From positions 1 through 48,095 of the forward strand of contig DAIPYY010000001.1 in NCBI GenBank assembly GCA_036782475.1: DNA of 48,095 nucleotides. Reading direction: 5' to 3'. Position 1 is the first letter of the stretch, and every line of letters begins with the position of its first letter. Position numbers and translations under genes: made by a program. This DNA is from Candidatus Saccharimonadota bacterium. GTDB lineage: Bacteria > Patescibacteriota > Saccharimonadia > Saccharimonadales > UBA4665. The notes under the pieces are model-generated. The model saw only the letters and a program-made list of their open reading frames with translations. It was not told the origin of the DNA and did no database searches. This document shows positions 17,885 through 24,471 of this stretch, piece after piece.

Positions 17885-18634
17885 TTAGAACTTGAGCCGA
17901 CTCATAAAACGGTCAACGGCATCGCCCTGTCGCTGCTGCATCGGCAGGACTGACCCCAGGATGTTGGTGGCTTCTTCTTCCCGGTCGGGCGGCAGGTTGA
18001 TCGTAATGAGGGGCATGAACCGCTTCAGGGGAAGCAACAGGATGCTGCGGGTCGTGGGGCTGTCCGCAGTAATGGAAAAGCCCTGGAAGTCAGCGAAATC
18101 ATACCACTTATTGCCGACTTGTACGCCCTGTACGCTGAGGCTATAGCGCTGAACGCGCGGCGGGCGGGCACTGAAAAATGCCAGCCCGATAATGGCAAGC
18201 AGTACGATGACCGAAGTAATGATATCTCGGTTTATGAAGTACACGACAGCTGCGATGACAACGGCCGCCACCACCGCCAACCCGTACCACCCGGAGCTTT
18301 TCGCATGGTGGGCGAACTCTTCCGCCTCCCAACTCAAGGTATCGGTGGACGCGGAGGCAATCTGCGGTGAGAGGCCGGCGGGCTCGGGGCGATACCATGC
18401 ATTCGCATCAGTATTGGCTGCAGGGGCCGGTGAAGGCGTCTGTGTAATGGGAGTCGTCGGTGCGGGCTGAGATGCGGGTGGAGTGGACGGCTCGGGAGAA
18501 GACTGCACGGGTGCGGGCGGCTGCTCGGGAACAGGAAGCGTCGCGGCAGATTCGGTAGAGGGAGGGGCAGTGGCAGGCGGCACGTGGCCATTGCCAAGCG
18601 GCACAATCACTTCTCCTGGCTGATGGTCTTGCAT
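17885..18634 (-). CDS. hypothetical membrane protein (Pro-rich N-part, two TM helices, C-terminal beta-rich domain)
   Basis: The ORF is open to TTG at 18679. ATG 18634 lies 7 nt after TACAAT (18642-18647). TM pair WYGLAVVAAVVIAAVVYFI and ITSVIVLLAIIGLAFF. Confidence 0.6.
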   Translation of the reverse strand: MQDHQPGEVIVPLGNGHVPPATAPPSTESAATLPVPEQPPAPVQSSPEPSTPPASQPAPTTPITQTPSPAPAANTDANAWYRPEPAGLSPQIASASTDTLSWEAEEFAHHAKSSGWYGLAVVAAVVIAAVVYFINRDIITSVIVLLAIIGLAFFSARPPRVQRYSLSVQGVQVGNKWYDFADFQGFSITADSPTTRSILLLPLKRFMPLITINLPPDREEEATNILGSVLPMQQRQGDAVDRFMSRLKF

Positions 18635-18641
18635 AAGCATA

Positions 18642-18647
18642 ATTGTA
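18642..18647 (-). promoter_or_regulatory. -10 box TACAAT, 7 nt upstream of ATG 18634
   Basis: Minus strand reads TACAATtatgcttATG. Confidence 0.3.
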
Positions 18648-18684
18648 CTACATACGATTAAGCTTATATAGCCTAGCAACCTCT

Positions 18685-19035
18685 TTATGTGGTAATTTGA
18701 TACTCTTCCATTGGTCTAATTGACCTTCGACCAGCTAAGCACTCTTTAATGAGGTACTCTTCACCGGTAGATTTCAAAATATAGAGCCAATCATAAGCAT
18801 TACTTTTAGTCTTTTTGACTACATACCCAGTCGAGTTTGAGTGTATACGACGAAGTTCAACTTCTTTGCCTCCTGAGAATCTGACCTGTACCCGGTGGAT
18901 CGCTTGTGTATCATCGACAAGAATATCATATGCTGCAGATTCGGTAACTGGCAAGGCAACATCATAGCCAAGTCTTGTGAATGTAGCGATTGCTGCCGTG
19001 ACCGCAATATCGCCTTTACGCTGAGTATCCCGCAT
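18685..19035 (-). CDS. small PD-(D/E)XK-type endonuclease-like protein (free-standing)
   Basis: 116 aa. KGDIAVTAAIATFTRLGYDVALPVTESAAYDILVD...VQVR... resembles the small PD-(D/E)XK endonucleases associated with group I introns. Clearly AT-richer than its neighbours. Confidence 0.6.
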   Translation of the reverse strand: MRDTQRKGDIAVTAAIATFTRLGYDVALPVTESAAYDILVDDTQAIHRVQVRFSGGKEVELRRIHSNSTGYVVKKTKSNAYDWLYILKSTGEEYLIKECLAGRRSIRPMEEYQITT

Positions 19036-19041
19036 AGCAGC

Positions 19042-19049
19042 AGTATACA
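19042..19049 (-). promoter_or_regulatory. -10 TATACT abutted by TG, 6 nt upstream of ATG 19035
   Basis: Minus strand reads gTGTATACTgctgctATG. Confidence 0.4.
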
Positions 19050-19075
19050 CGGTACTACATACCGTTAGCAAACTA

Positions 19076-19084
19076 TGCTATACT
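19076..19084 (+). promoter_or_regulatory. extended -10 TGcTATACT, 10 nt upstream of tRNA-Ser(TGA)
   Basis: aTGcTATACTcgtgtctgtt followed by GGAGAG. Confidence 0.5.
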
Positions 19085-19094
19085 CGTGTCTGTT

Positions 19095-19184
19095 GGAGAG
19101 ATGTCCGAGTGGTTTAAGGAGCCTGTCTTGAAAACAGGTGTGCCCGCAAGGGTACCGTGGGTTCGAATCCCTCTCTCTCCGCCA
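19095..19184 (+). tRNA. tRNA-Ser (anticodon TGA), CCA encoded
   Basis: GGAGAGATGTCCGAGTGG..., anticodon arm CCTGT-CTTGAAA-ACAGG, long variable arm, T-arm GTGGGTTCGAATCCC, 3' end CTCTCCGCCA. Confidence 0.92.
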
Positions 19185-19385
19185 AACCAGAAAACAACTT
19201 GTACTGTATATTCGCTACGAGGGAGTTATCTGGTAAAATACCTTAGTCCCGCCACGGACCAGGAGCCAAAATCACAATCCAAGGAGCGAAGCGACTGAAT
19301 GTGATTTTGAGAGGAGAAGTCTAGTTTTAAGCCGAAGCTTTTGCCGCCTGTCGGCAAAACGAGGCAAAAACTAACACTTCGACGA

Positions 19386-19478
19386 GGAGAGGTACCCAAG
19401 TGGCTGAAGGGGACGGTTTGCTAAATCGTTAGAGGGGCGTGAGTCCCTGCGAGGGTTCGAATCCCTCTCTCTCCGCCA
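19386..19478 (+). tRNA. tRNA-Ser (anticodon GCT), CCA encoded
   Basis: GGAGAGGTACCCAAGTGG..., anticodon arm ACGGT-TTGCTAA-ATCGT, long variable arm, T-arm GAGGGTTCGAATCCCTC, 3' end CTCTCCGCCA. Confidence 0.92.
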
Positions 19479-19483
19479 GAAAA

Positions 19484-19516
19484 ATGCCATCTACCGTAAG
19501 GTGGGTGGCATTTTTC
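19484..19516 (+). terminator. intrinsic terminator after the tRNA-Ser pair
   Basis: ATGCCATCTACC-GTAA-GGTGGGTGGCAT (G:U pairs allowed) followed by TTTTT. Confidence 0.6.
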
Positions 19517-19663
19517 TGTTGGTGAGACAGGCGACTTCAGAGCCCGTAATTTTGCGAAGCAAAATAGGGTTCGGCGGAGCGAATGGTAGAAAAGAAAGCG
19601 AACCGGAGGTTCATTTTCTTTTCGGAATGAGCGGAGGAGGCGAAGCCGATATCCCTCCCTCCG

Positions 19664-21316
19664 CTACTTACCCTTATGCAGCGACGCGAGAATCGCCGGC
19701 GCAGCTTTCACGAGATCGTAGGGGTTACGCCCGGCGGTAATCCCCTCCACGGCGCGCTCAAGTCCGGCCCGCTGTGCCGTCCATGCGATACGCTTATTAA
19801 CTTCCCGTACAGCCTCTTTGACATTCGCAGCGTGCACGCCCACTCTCTCTGCCAGACTCATCAATTCACGGGCGTCTTTGGGCTCATCAATATTGAATGG
19901 CGGCAAAATGTCAGTCAGCTCACGGGCACGGGCGCGAAATGCCGAGTTGGTATCCGCCATCTTCAGCATGTTTTGCTCACCTATGGCGTCGAATAAGAAT
20001 CTCTGGTATCCGTCATCGGCCGCGACGAATCGATGGGCGAGATACGATCCTTTGTAGTGATTCGTTTCAAATGCTCGTTTTGCGATTGCCCGCACGCGGT
20101 CGGCCTCCACCCCACCTGCTGCCTTGTCGCAGCGATAGAGCGCTTCAATCTCGGACGGATCGAGACGACCGCTCGCACGGTAAGCCACACCAAGCAGCAC
20201 ACTTGGCGTCGGGGTATCGATATCCGTCTCTTTCATCTGGCGCACCGCCTGGAGGTACTGTGTCAGCGCAAACTCCTGGATGCGCGTTTGGTCTTCGGGC
20301 CGGGTGTTTCTACCGATGGATCGCGCCAACGTATCGTAGTAGTATGTCAGCTCAGCGAATGCTTGTGATTTATCGCTGCTCATCATGAAGAGCTCATCCA
20401 CGAACCGACCCGCCCGCTCCATCGTACGGTCGGCCGATGCCGTGCCGAGCGCCCACGTGCTATCAGCGATGGTAATCACCGCCGATCCGTTCTCGCCGAC
20501 TGTCGTAAAGATATTCCATGCATGGCCGCTCTTCTCCCTTAGATCAGTGACGAGCGGATTATCCCGTTTATCTCCATACCCGTCACCGTCCACTCCCATA
20601 TCGATGATACAGTAGGTGTTCGCCAGCATCGTGTCTTCTGCCTGCAGGCTTTTCAGCGCATCAAACACAGCTTTAACATTCGCGGCAATATTGCGACACA
20701 CCCCGTTGCCGGCCCAGCCCGGATCCCCCCGATGCTGCAGCCCCTCCCGGAGCAAATCAAAACTAGCCGTCCGGTCCGCCCTGGTAAGACTTCTTGCCCC
20801 CAGGTCTTCCGATGAATATTTCGATACGGACCGTACGAATTCGGTACTAAACTTCACCGCCTGTTCGGGCGTAAGGTGGTGGAGCGAGGTGATACCGAGT
20901 TCCGCCGCCAGTTTTTGGCCGTCTGCGTGCCGCGTCACATACTCTTCGGCCGTCTCAAACGTGCGTTGCTGCCACAGCGCCCGGTTTTTTGTCGCCTGCC
21001 ACGTAGGGGACTGATATGTTTTCTCCGTAAACTTGCGAATGTTGGCCGGTACTTCGCGCACCAGGCCACCCGGCTGTACGTCGGGCGTAAAGTGTTCCAG
21101 GGACGTTAATGATACTTTCTGCGCCGGGACAATTTCCATCAGCACCAGTGGACGATGGTGGATTTTTTCAGCGTGCGTCGCGACTTCCGTCGAAAGAGGA
21201 ACGCCGCCGATAGCGATGAGCACCGCCGTATCCGGCTTCGCGGGGGTATCGTAGCCGTTTTCACCACTGTTCGTGGGCGGAGCGGCGATAGAAGTTTCGT
21301 GGCGTGGTATAGGCAT
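19664..21316 (-). CDS. hypothetical protein with a transglutaminase/papain-like Cys-His-Asp signature
   Basis: Start set at ATG 21316, because the track ORF extension runs into comF. Motif order GNGVCRNIA ... KSGHAWNIF ... IADSTW fits the transglutaminase-like cysteine peptidase core. No signal peptide or TM helix. Confidence 0.55.
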   Translation of the reverse strand: MPIPRHETSIAAPPTNSGENGYDTPAKPDTAVLIAIGGVPLSTEVATHAEKIHHRPLVLMEIVPAQKVSLTSLEHFTPDVQPGGLVREVPANIRKFTEKTYQSPTWQATKNRALWQQRTFETAEEYVTRHADGQKLAAELGITSLHHLTPEQAVKFSTEFVRSVSKYSSEDLGARSLTRADRTASFDLLREGLQHRGDPGWAGNGVCRNIAANVKAVFDALKSLQAEDTMLANTYCIIDMGVDGDGYGDKRDNPLVTDLREKSGHAWNIFTTVGENGSAVITIADSTWALGTASADRTMERAGRFVDELFMMSSDKSQAFAELTYYYDTLARSIGRNTRPEDQTRIQEFALTQYLQAVRQMKETDIDTPTPSVLLGVAYRASGRLDPSEIEALYRCDKAAGGVEADRVRAIAKRAFETNHYKGSYLAHRFVAADDGYQRFLFDAIGEQNMLKMADTNSAFRARARELTDILPPFNIDEPKDARELMSLAERVGVHAANVKEAVREVNKRIAWTAQRAGLERAVEGITAGRNPYDLVKAAPAILASLHKGK

Positions 21317-21389
21317 ACGTTTGTTTGTGTTTGATATACAAGTACATAATAGCACAGAATTGCTAAAAATGCAATAGATTGGCGTAGAT

Positions 21390-22064
21390 TTAGCTCGGCT
21401 GGGCGAAGACGAGGGCGTCAACCTGCTTGGCGCCTGCTTCGCGGAGCGCGCGGGCCGCTGACTCAAGCGTTGCGCCGGTGGTGCAGACATCGTCGATCAG
21501 GACGATATGCGCCCCTTTAATCTTGTCCGAGTAACGCACCCGGAACGCGCCATCAAGATGACGCAGGCGTGCGGCGCGGCTTGCACCGACTTGGTGGGCC
21601 TGGCCAAGCCTGACAAGCGGGCAGGCACTTGTACGGCCGCTTAAGCGAGACAGCTCGCGTGCTAATACGACAGCTTGGTCATAGCCACGCTCTCGCACCC
21701 GCGTCGTCGCCGTCGGCACCGGCACCAATAGTACTTCAGTACCGAAATAGACAAGCTGCGGCCGCATTAGTACCGCTATTTCCATGAGTCCGCGGCGGGC
21801 TCGTTCATACTTCGCATGCCATAGCAACGTTTTTGCCGATGCCTCATAGCGGACCACGGCAGCGACCCGTCGCAACGGTGTCTGCCGGCGGCACGACCGG
21901 CATACGTCATATTGCAGGGTCCGCGTCCGACAGCGGTAGCAACACGGCGGAACCTTCGGAAGGCTGTCGGTGCATGTCCCGCATAACAAACGATTATCCT
22001 CCGCCCCGCAATCGATGCAGCAGAACGGAGCATATAGGCTGACGAATCGATCCAAAATGCTCAT
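21390..22064 (-). CDS. comF: ComF family protein (competence-associated phosphoribosyltransferase-like)
   Basis: N-terminal Cys clusters CIDCG...CGTC...CCYRC...CRSC and a C-terminal PRTase motif VLIDDVCTTGATL. Start at ATG 22064. Confidence 0.85.
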   Translation of the reverse strand: MSILDRFVSLYAPFCCIDCGAEDNRLLCGTCTDSLPKVPPCCYRCRTRTLQYDVCRSCRRQTPLRRVAAVVRYEASAKTLLWHAKYERARRGLMEIAVLMRPQLVYFGTEVLLVPVPTATTRVRERGYDQAVVLARELSRLSGRTSACPLVRLGQAHQVGASRAARLRHLDGAFRVRYSDKIKGAHIVLIDDVCTTGATLESAARALREAGAKQVDALVFAQPS

Positions 22065-22100
22065 GTTGTATTTTTTTCGTTGTAAATAAGTATTGGTCGG

Positions 22101-22130
22101 TTGCAGGTACACCGTTATCTCAGCTATACT
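22101..22130 (+). promoter_or_regulatory. promoter TTGCAG-18 nt-TATACT for the Hsp20 gene (about 60-nt leader with SD GGAGGG)
   Basis: TTGCAG at 22101-22106 and TATACT at 22125-22130. Confidence 0.5.
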
Positions 22131-22195
22131 GATTTTAACACAAAAAGGCAACTACGAAGTATTTAACCCCTAAGTAGGGCGGAGGGTAACAACTT

Positions 22196-22681
22196 ATGGC
22201 GCGACGAAACCGCGATGATGATTTATTACTGGAAGAAGATGAACTGACTGCTGCGTTCTTGGGCGATGACACACCCATGGCGCCAGCCGATAGCGGTGCG
22301 GCTCCGGCAAACGGCGCTGCAGCCGAAGAAGAGTGGAGCGAAGAAGAAGCCGTACTGCCCGGGCAATTGGCGGTCGACGTGTACGAAACTCGCGAGAAAC
22401 TGGTCGTCAAGGCACGTACTGCCGGCGTCAACAAGAGTGATCTCGATGTCAGCATTGCCGACAATACACTGACGATCCGCGGCACGCTTTCCTCGGGTGA
22501 CGATGACGAAGTCGAGAACTACTTCATGCAGGAGTGCTACTGGGGCGAATTCAGCCGCAGCATCGCTTTGCCGCTTCCCGTCAAAGAGGAAGAAATCGAA
22601 GCAGTCCTGAAGGACGGCGTCCTGACCATCAGCTTCAGCAAGGTCAAGCAAGACACTGTCAAGAAAATCCAGGTTGTATAA
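22196..22681 (+). CDS. Hsp20/alpha-crystallin family small heat-shock protein
   Basis: LAVDVYETREKLVVKARTAGVNKSDLDVSI...GEFSRSIALPLPV...AVLKDGVLTISFSK matches the alpha-crystallin domain pattern. Confidence 0.9.
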   Translation: MARRNRDDDLLLEEDELTAAFLGDDTPMAPADSGAAPANGAAAEEEWSEEEAVLPGQLAVDVYETREKLVVKARTAGVNKSDLDVSIADNTLTIRGTLSSGDDDEVENYFMQECYWGEFSRSIALPLPVKEEEIEAVLKDGVLTISFSKVKQDTVKKIQVV

Positions 22682-22701
22682 CCTAGATACTCCCAAGACA
22701 A

Positions 22702-22735
22702 ATAATCCCCGCTTTCCGCGGGGATTATTTTAGTT
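22702..22735 (+). terminator. intrinsic terminator of the Hsp20 gene
   Basis: ATAATCCCCGC-TTTCC-GCGGGGATTAT followed by a T-rich tract. Confidence 0.65.
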
Positions 22736-22759
22736 TCCGCCTACTAGGTACGTCAGCAT

Positions 22760-22790
22760 ACAAAAACACCCGCTCCAAGGAGCGGGTGTT
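22760..22790 (-). terminator. intrinsic terminator of the pilin gene array
   Basis: Perfect 11-bp stem ACACCCGCTCC-AA-GGAGCGGGTGT. On the minus strand it is followed by TTTTTGT. Confidence 0.7.
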
Positions 22791-22810
22791 TGCAAACGGA
22801 ACCTTGTCGC

Positions 22811-23233
22811 TTATGCCGCGATAGTGCTTGTTTTGTTGAGCACGAAGTGAACGATGACCTGTGCCAGCGCCACGATAACGAGGCCGATAAGCGCGTAGAT
22901 GATGGTGTTTTTCGCGTTCGTGATCTTGCCGCTCTCGCCACCGGAGGTGATGTATTTGGCACCGCCCCAGATAATCATGATGACGGCGATCACACCGACT
23001 ACTACGGAGATGATGTTCACGATAAGGGTAATGATGTCGGTCAGGTTGTCACCTGTCGAAGTGTCACCCGGGGTACAATCACCGCTTAAGTCGCCATCGA
23101 GGTTAGTTCCTTGCGATAGACAGTCGGTAATGCTCGATTGAGCGTATACCGGTGCCGAAAGGGCAAGGGGAACTCCAACGACCGCCAGAGCGACTAAAAG
23201 GCCGGCGGCAATTCTTTTTATCTTTGCTATCAT
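22811..23233 (-). CDS. T4SS pilin, VirB2/TrbC-like (paralogue 1, candidate major pilin)
   Basis: Signal peptide ending PVYA/QS, Cys pair (DC...DC), two hydrophobic helices flanking the loop AKYITSGGESGKITNAKN. Own promoter, SD and terminator. Confidence 0.8.
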   Translation of the reverse strand: MIAKIKRIAAGLLVALAVVGVPLALSAPVYAQSSITDCLSQGTNLDGDLSGDCTPGDTSTGDNLTDIITLIVNIISVVVGVIAVIMIIWGGAKYITSGGESGKITNAKNTIIYALIGLVIVALAQVIVHFVLNKTSTIAA

Positions 23234-23269
23234 ATCAGTTCATTTCCTTTCTTATTGCTTTACGTTTAG

Positions 23270-23297
23270 TGTATATCACGTTTGGGGCATTTTTCAA
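23270..23297 (-). promoter_or_regulatory. promoter TTGAAA-16 nt-TGaTATACA in front of pilin paralogue 1
   Basis: Minus strand reads TTGAAAaatgccccaaacgTGaTATACA, then a leader of about 30 nt with AAGGAAA. Confidence 0.55.
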
Positions 23298-23313
23298 CTA
23301 TAAACCCTCTCTT

Positions 23314-23745
23314 TTACCCGAGCGGCACGAGGCGGACTATAGAAGTTTTCTCTTTTGGAGTAGCAGCCTCCTTCGTCACTTTGAGCACATTACGCACGAG
23401 GAATTGTGCAAGGGCTACGATAACGAGACCGATGACGGCATAGATCAGGGCATTTTTTGCGGTCGTGACTTTGTTGGTATCACCGCCGGACGTGATGTAC
23501 TTCGCACCAGCGAAGATTATCATGATCACGGCCAGCAGACCGACAATGATACTGAGCACGTTGATGACCGACCGTATGACACTGGTAAGATCACCGCCGC
23601 CGTTGTCGTCGCAGTTCGTTCCGCTGCCGACAGCCTCGCAGACCGTTTCTTTGGTGGTCGCGGCACTTGCTGTCGCGGGCGTCGCGACGATTGCCGTCAG
23701 GGGGACAATGATGCTGAGCGTAAGTATGAGAAACCATTTTTTCAT
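23314..23745 (-). CDS. T4SS pilin, VirB2/TrbC-like (paralogue 2)
   Basis: Signal peptide ending ATASA/AT, Cys pair (VCEAVGSGTNC), helix-loop-helix with AKYITSGGDTNKVTTAKN. Starts 1 nt after the upstream stop, with SD AGGGGG inside the upstream gene. Confidence 0.8.
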   Translation of the reverse strand: MKKWFLILTLSIIVPLTAIVATPATASAATTKETVCEAVGSGTNCDDNGGGDLTSVIRSVINVLSIIVGLLAVIMIIFAGAKYITSGGDTNKVTTAKNALIYAVIGLVIVALAQFLVRNVLKVTKEAATPKEKTSIVRLVPLG

Positions 23746-23746
23746 A

Positions 23747-24154
23747 TTATAAAAACCCCCTTATGATCGCTACTATTATGACATCTGCAAGCGCGATAAT
23801 CACAAGGCCGACGAGCGCTCCAATGAGCGCATTACGCGCACCGACCGCCTTTTGGGTGTCACCGCCGGAAGTGATATACCGCATTCCCGAGACGATGATG
23901 ATAAAGACGGCGGCGATACCCGCTATAAGCGCGATAAGCTGAGTAACTCTGATAAGTATTCCGTCGCTTCCTGTAAGTGGGTTTGCTTCCGGGTCAGTAG
24001 TTTCACAGGTAGGTGAATCAGTGGCTTTACCAGTGCATGCTTCTTCGAGTATGTTAGTCTCAGCCGCAAATACCGGCTGTGTGAGGGTGAATGGCGCAGC
24101 AAGTCCACTGAGCATGAGCAGGGAAATCACCATTAGCATAATCTTCCGAATCAT
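23747..24154 (-). CDS. T4SS pilin, VirB2/TrbC-like (paralogue 3)
   Basis: Start at ATG 24154 (TGATG overlap with the upstream stop). Signal peptide ending PVFA/AE, Cys pair (ACTGKATDSPTC), loop MRYITSGGDTQKAVGARN. Confidence 0.8.
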   Translation of the reverse strand: MIRKIMLMVISLLMLSGLAAPFTLTQPVFAAETNILEEACTGKATDSPTCETTDPEANPLTGSDGILIRVTQLIALIAGIAAVFIIIVSGMRYITSGGDTQKAVGARNALIGALVGLVIIALADVIIVAIIRGFL

Positions 24155-24471
24155 CAGGATACTCCCTGGATAGCAAAGGTGACAATAGCGACTGCCGATA
24201 CCGAGACTATTAGCCCGATTGCGGCATACAAGATGCCCTGGCGGGCTTCCGCCATCTTTTGCGGCTCGCCGTTCGCGGTGATATACCGGAAACCGTTGAT
24301 GACGATCATCAGCAGGGCAATTGCAGCAGCAAGTCCGAACGCGATGGTCAAGCCATTGCGCCACAACATTTTCGCGCGGTCGCCCGGATCCATATTCGGC
24401 AAGGGAGAGAGGTCTATCTGCGGCGTGGTTGCCGCCACCTTGAGCAGGAAGGCGTGAAGTTGTGTCATCAT
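24154..24471 (-). CDS. VirB2/TrbC-like pilin paralogue 4 (short, no classical signal peptide, no Cys pair)
   Basis: 105 aa with two hydrophobic helices flanking FRYITANGEPQKMAEARQ. ATGA overlap with the upstream gene and TGATG overlap with the downstream gene. Confidence 0.7.
   Translation of the reverse strand: MMTQLHAFLLKVAATTPQIDLSPLPNMDPGDRAKMLWRNGLTIAFGLAAAIALLMIVINGFRYITANGEPQKMAEARQGILYAAIGLIVSVSAVAIVTFAIQGVS

Noticed and set aside
19649-19664. ATCCCTCCCTCCGC resembling a tRNA-Ser 3' end (possible second att-like remnant)
   Set aside because: Only an 11-nt exact match. It is better explained as the 3' arm of a local hairpin (GCGGAGGAGG...CCCTCCCTCCGC) just beyond the stop of the convergent gene.
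21317-21490. N-terminal extension of the 608-aa track ORF
   Set aside because: It overlaps the 3' end of comF by about 100 nt in another frame. ATG 21316 yields a coherent protein without the overlap.
23152-23766. 204-aa ORF on the + strand across the pilin genes
   Set aside because: Antisense to two pilin paralogues that have signal peptides, conserved loops and coupling signals. The product has no features.
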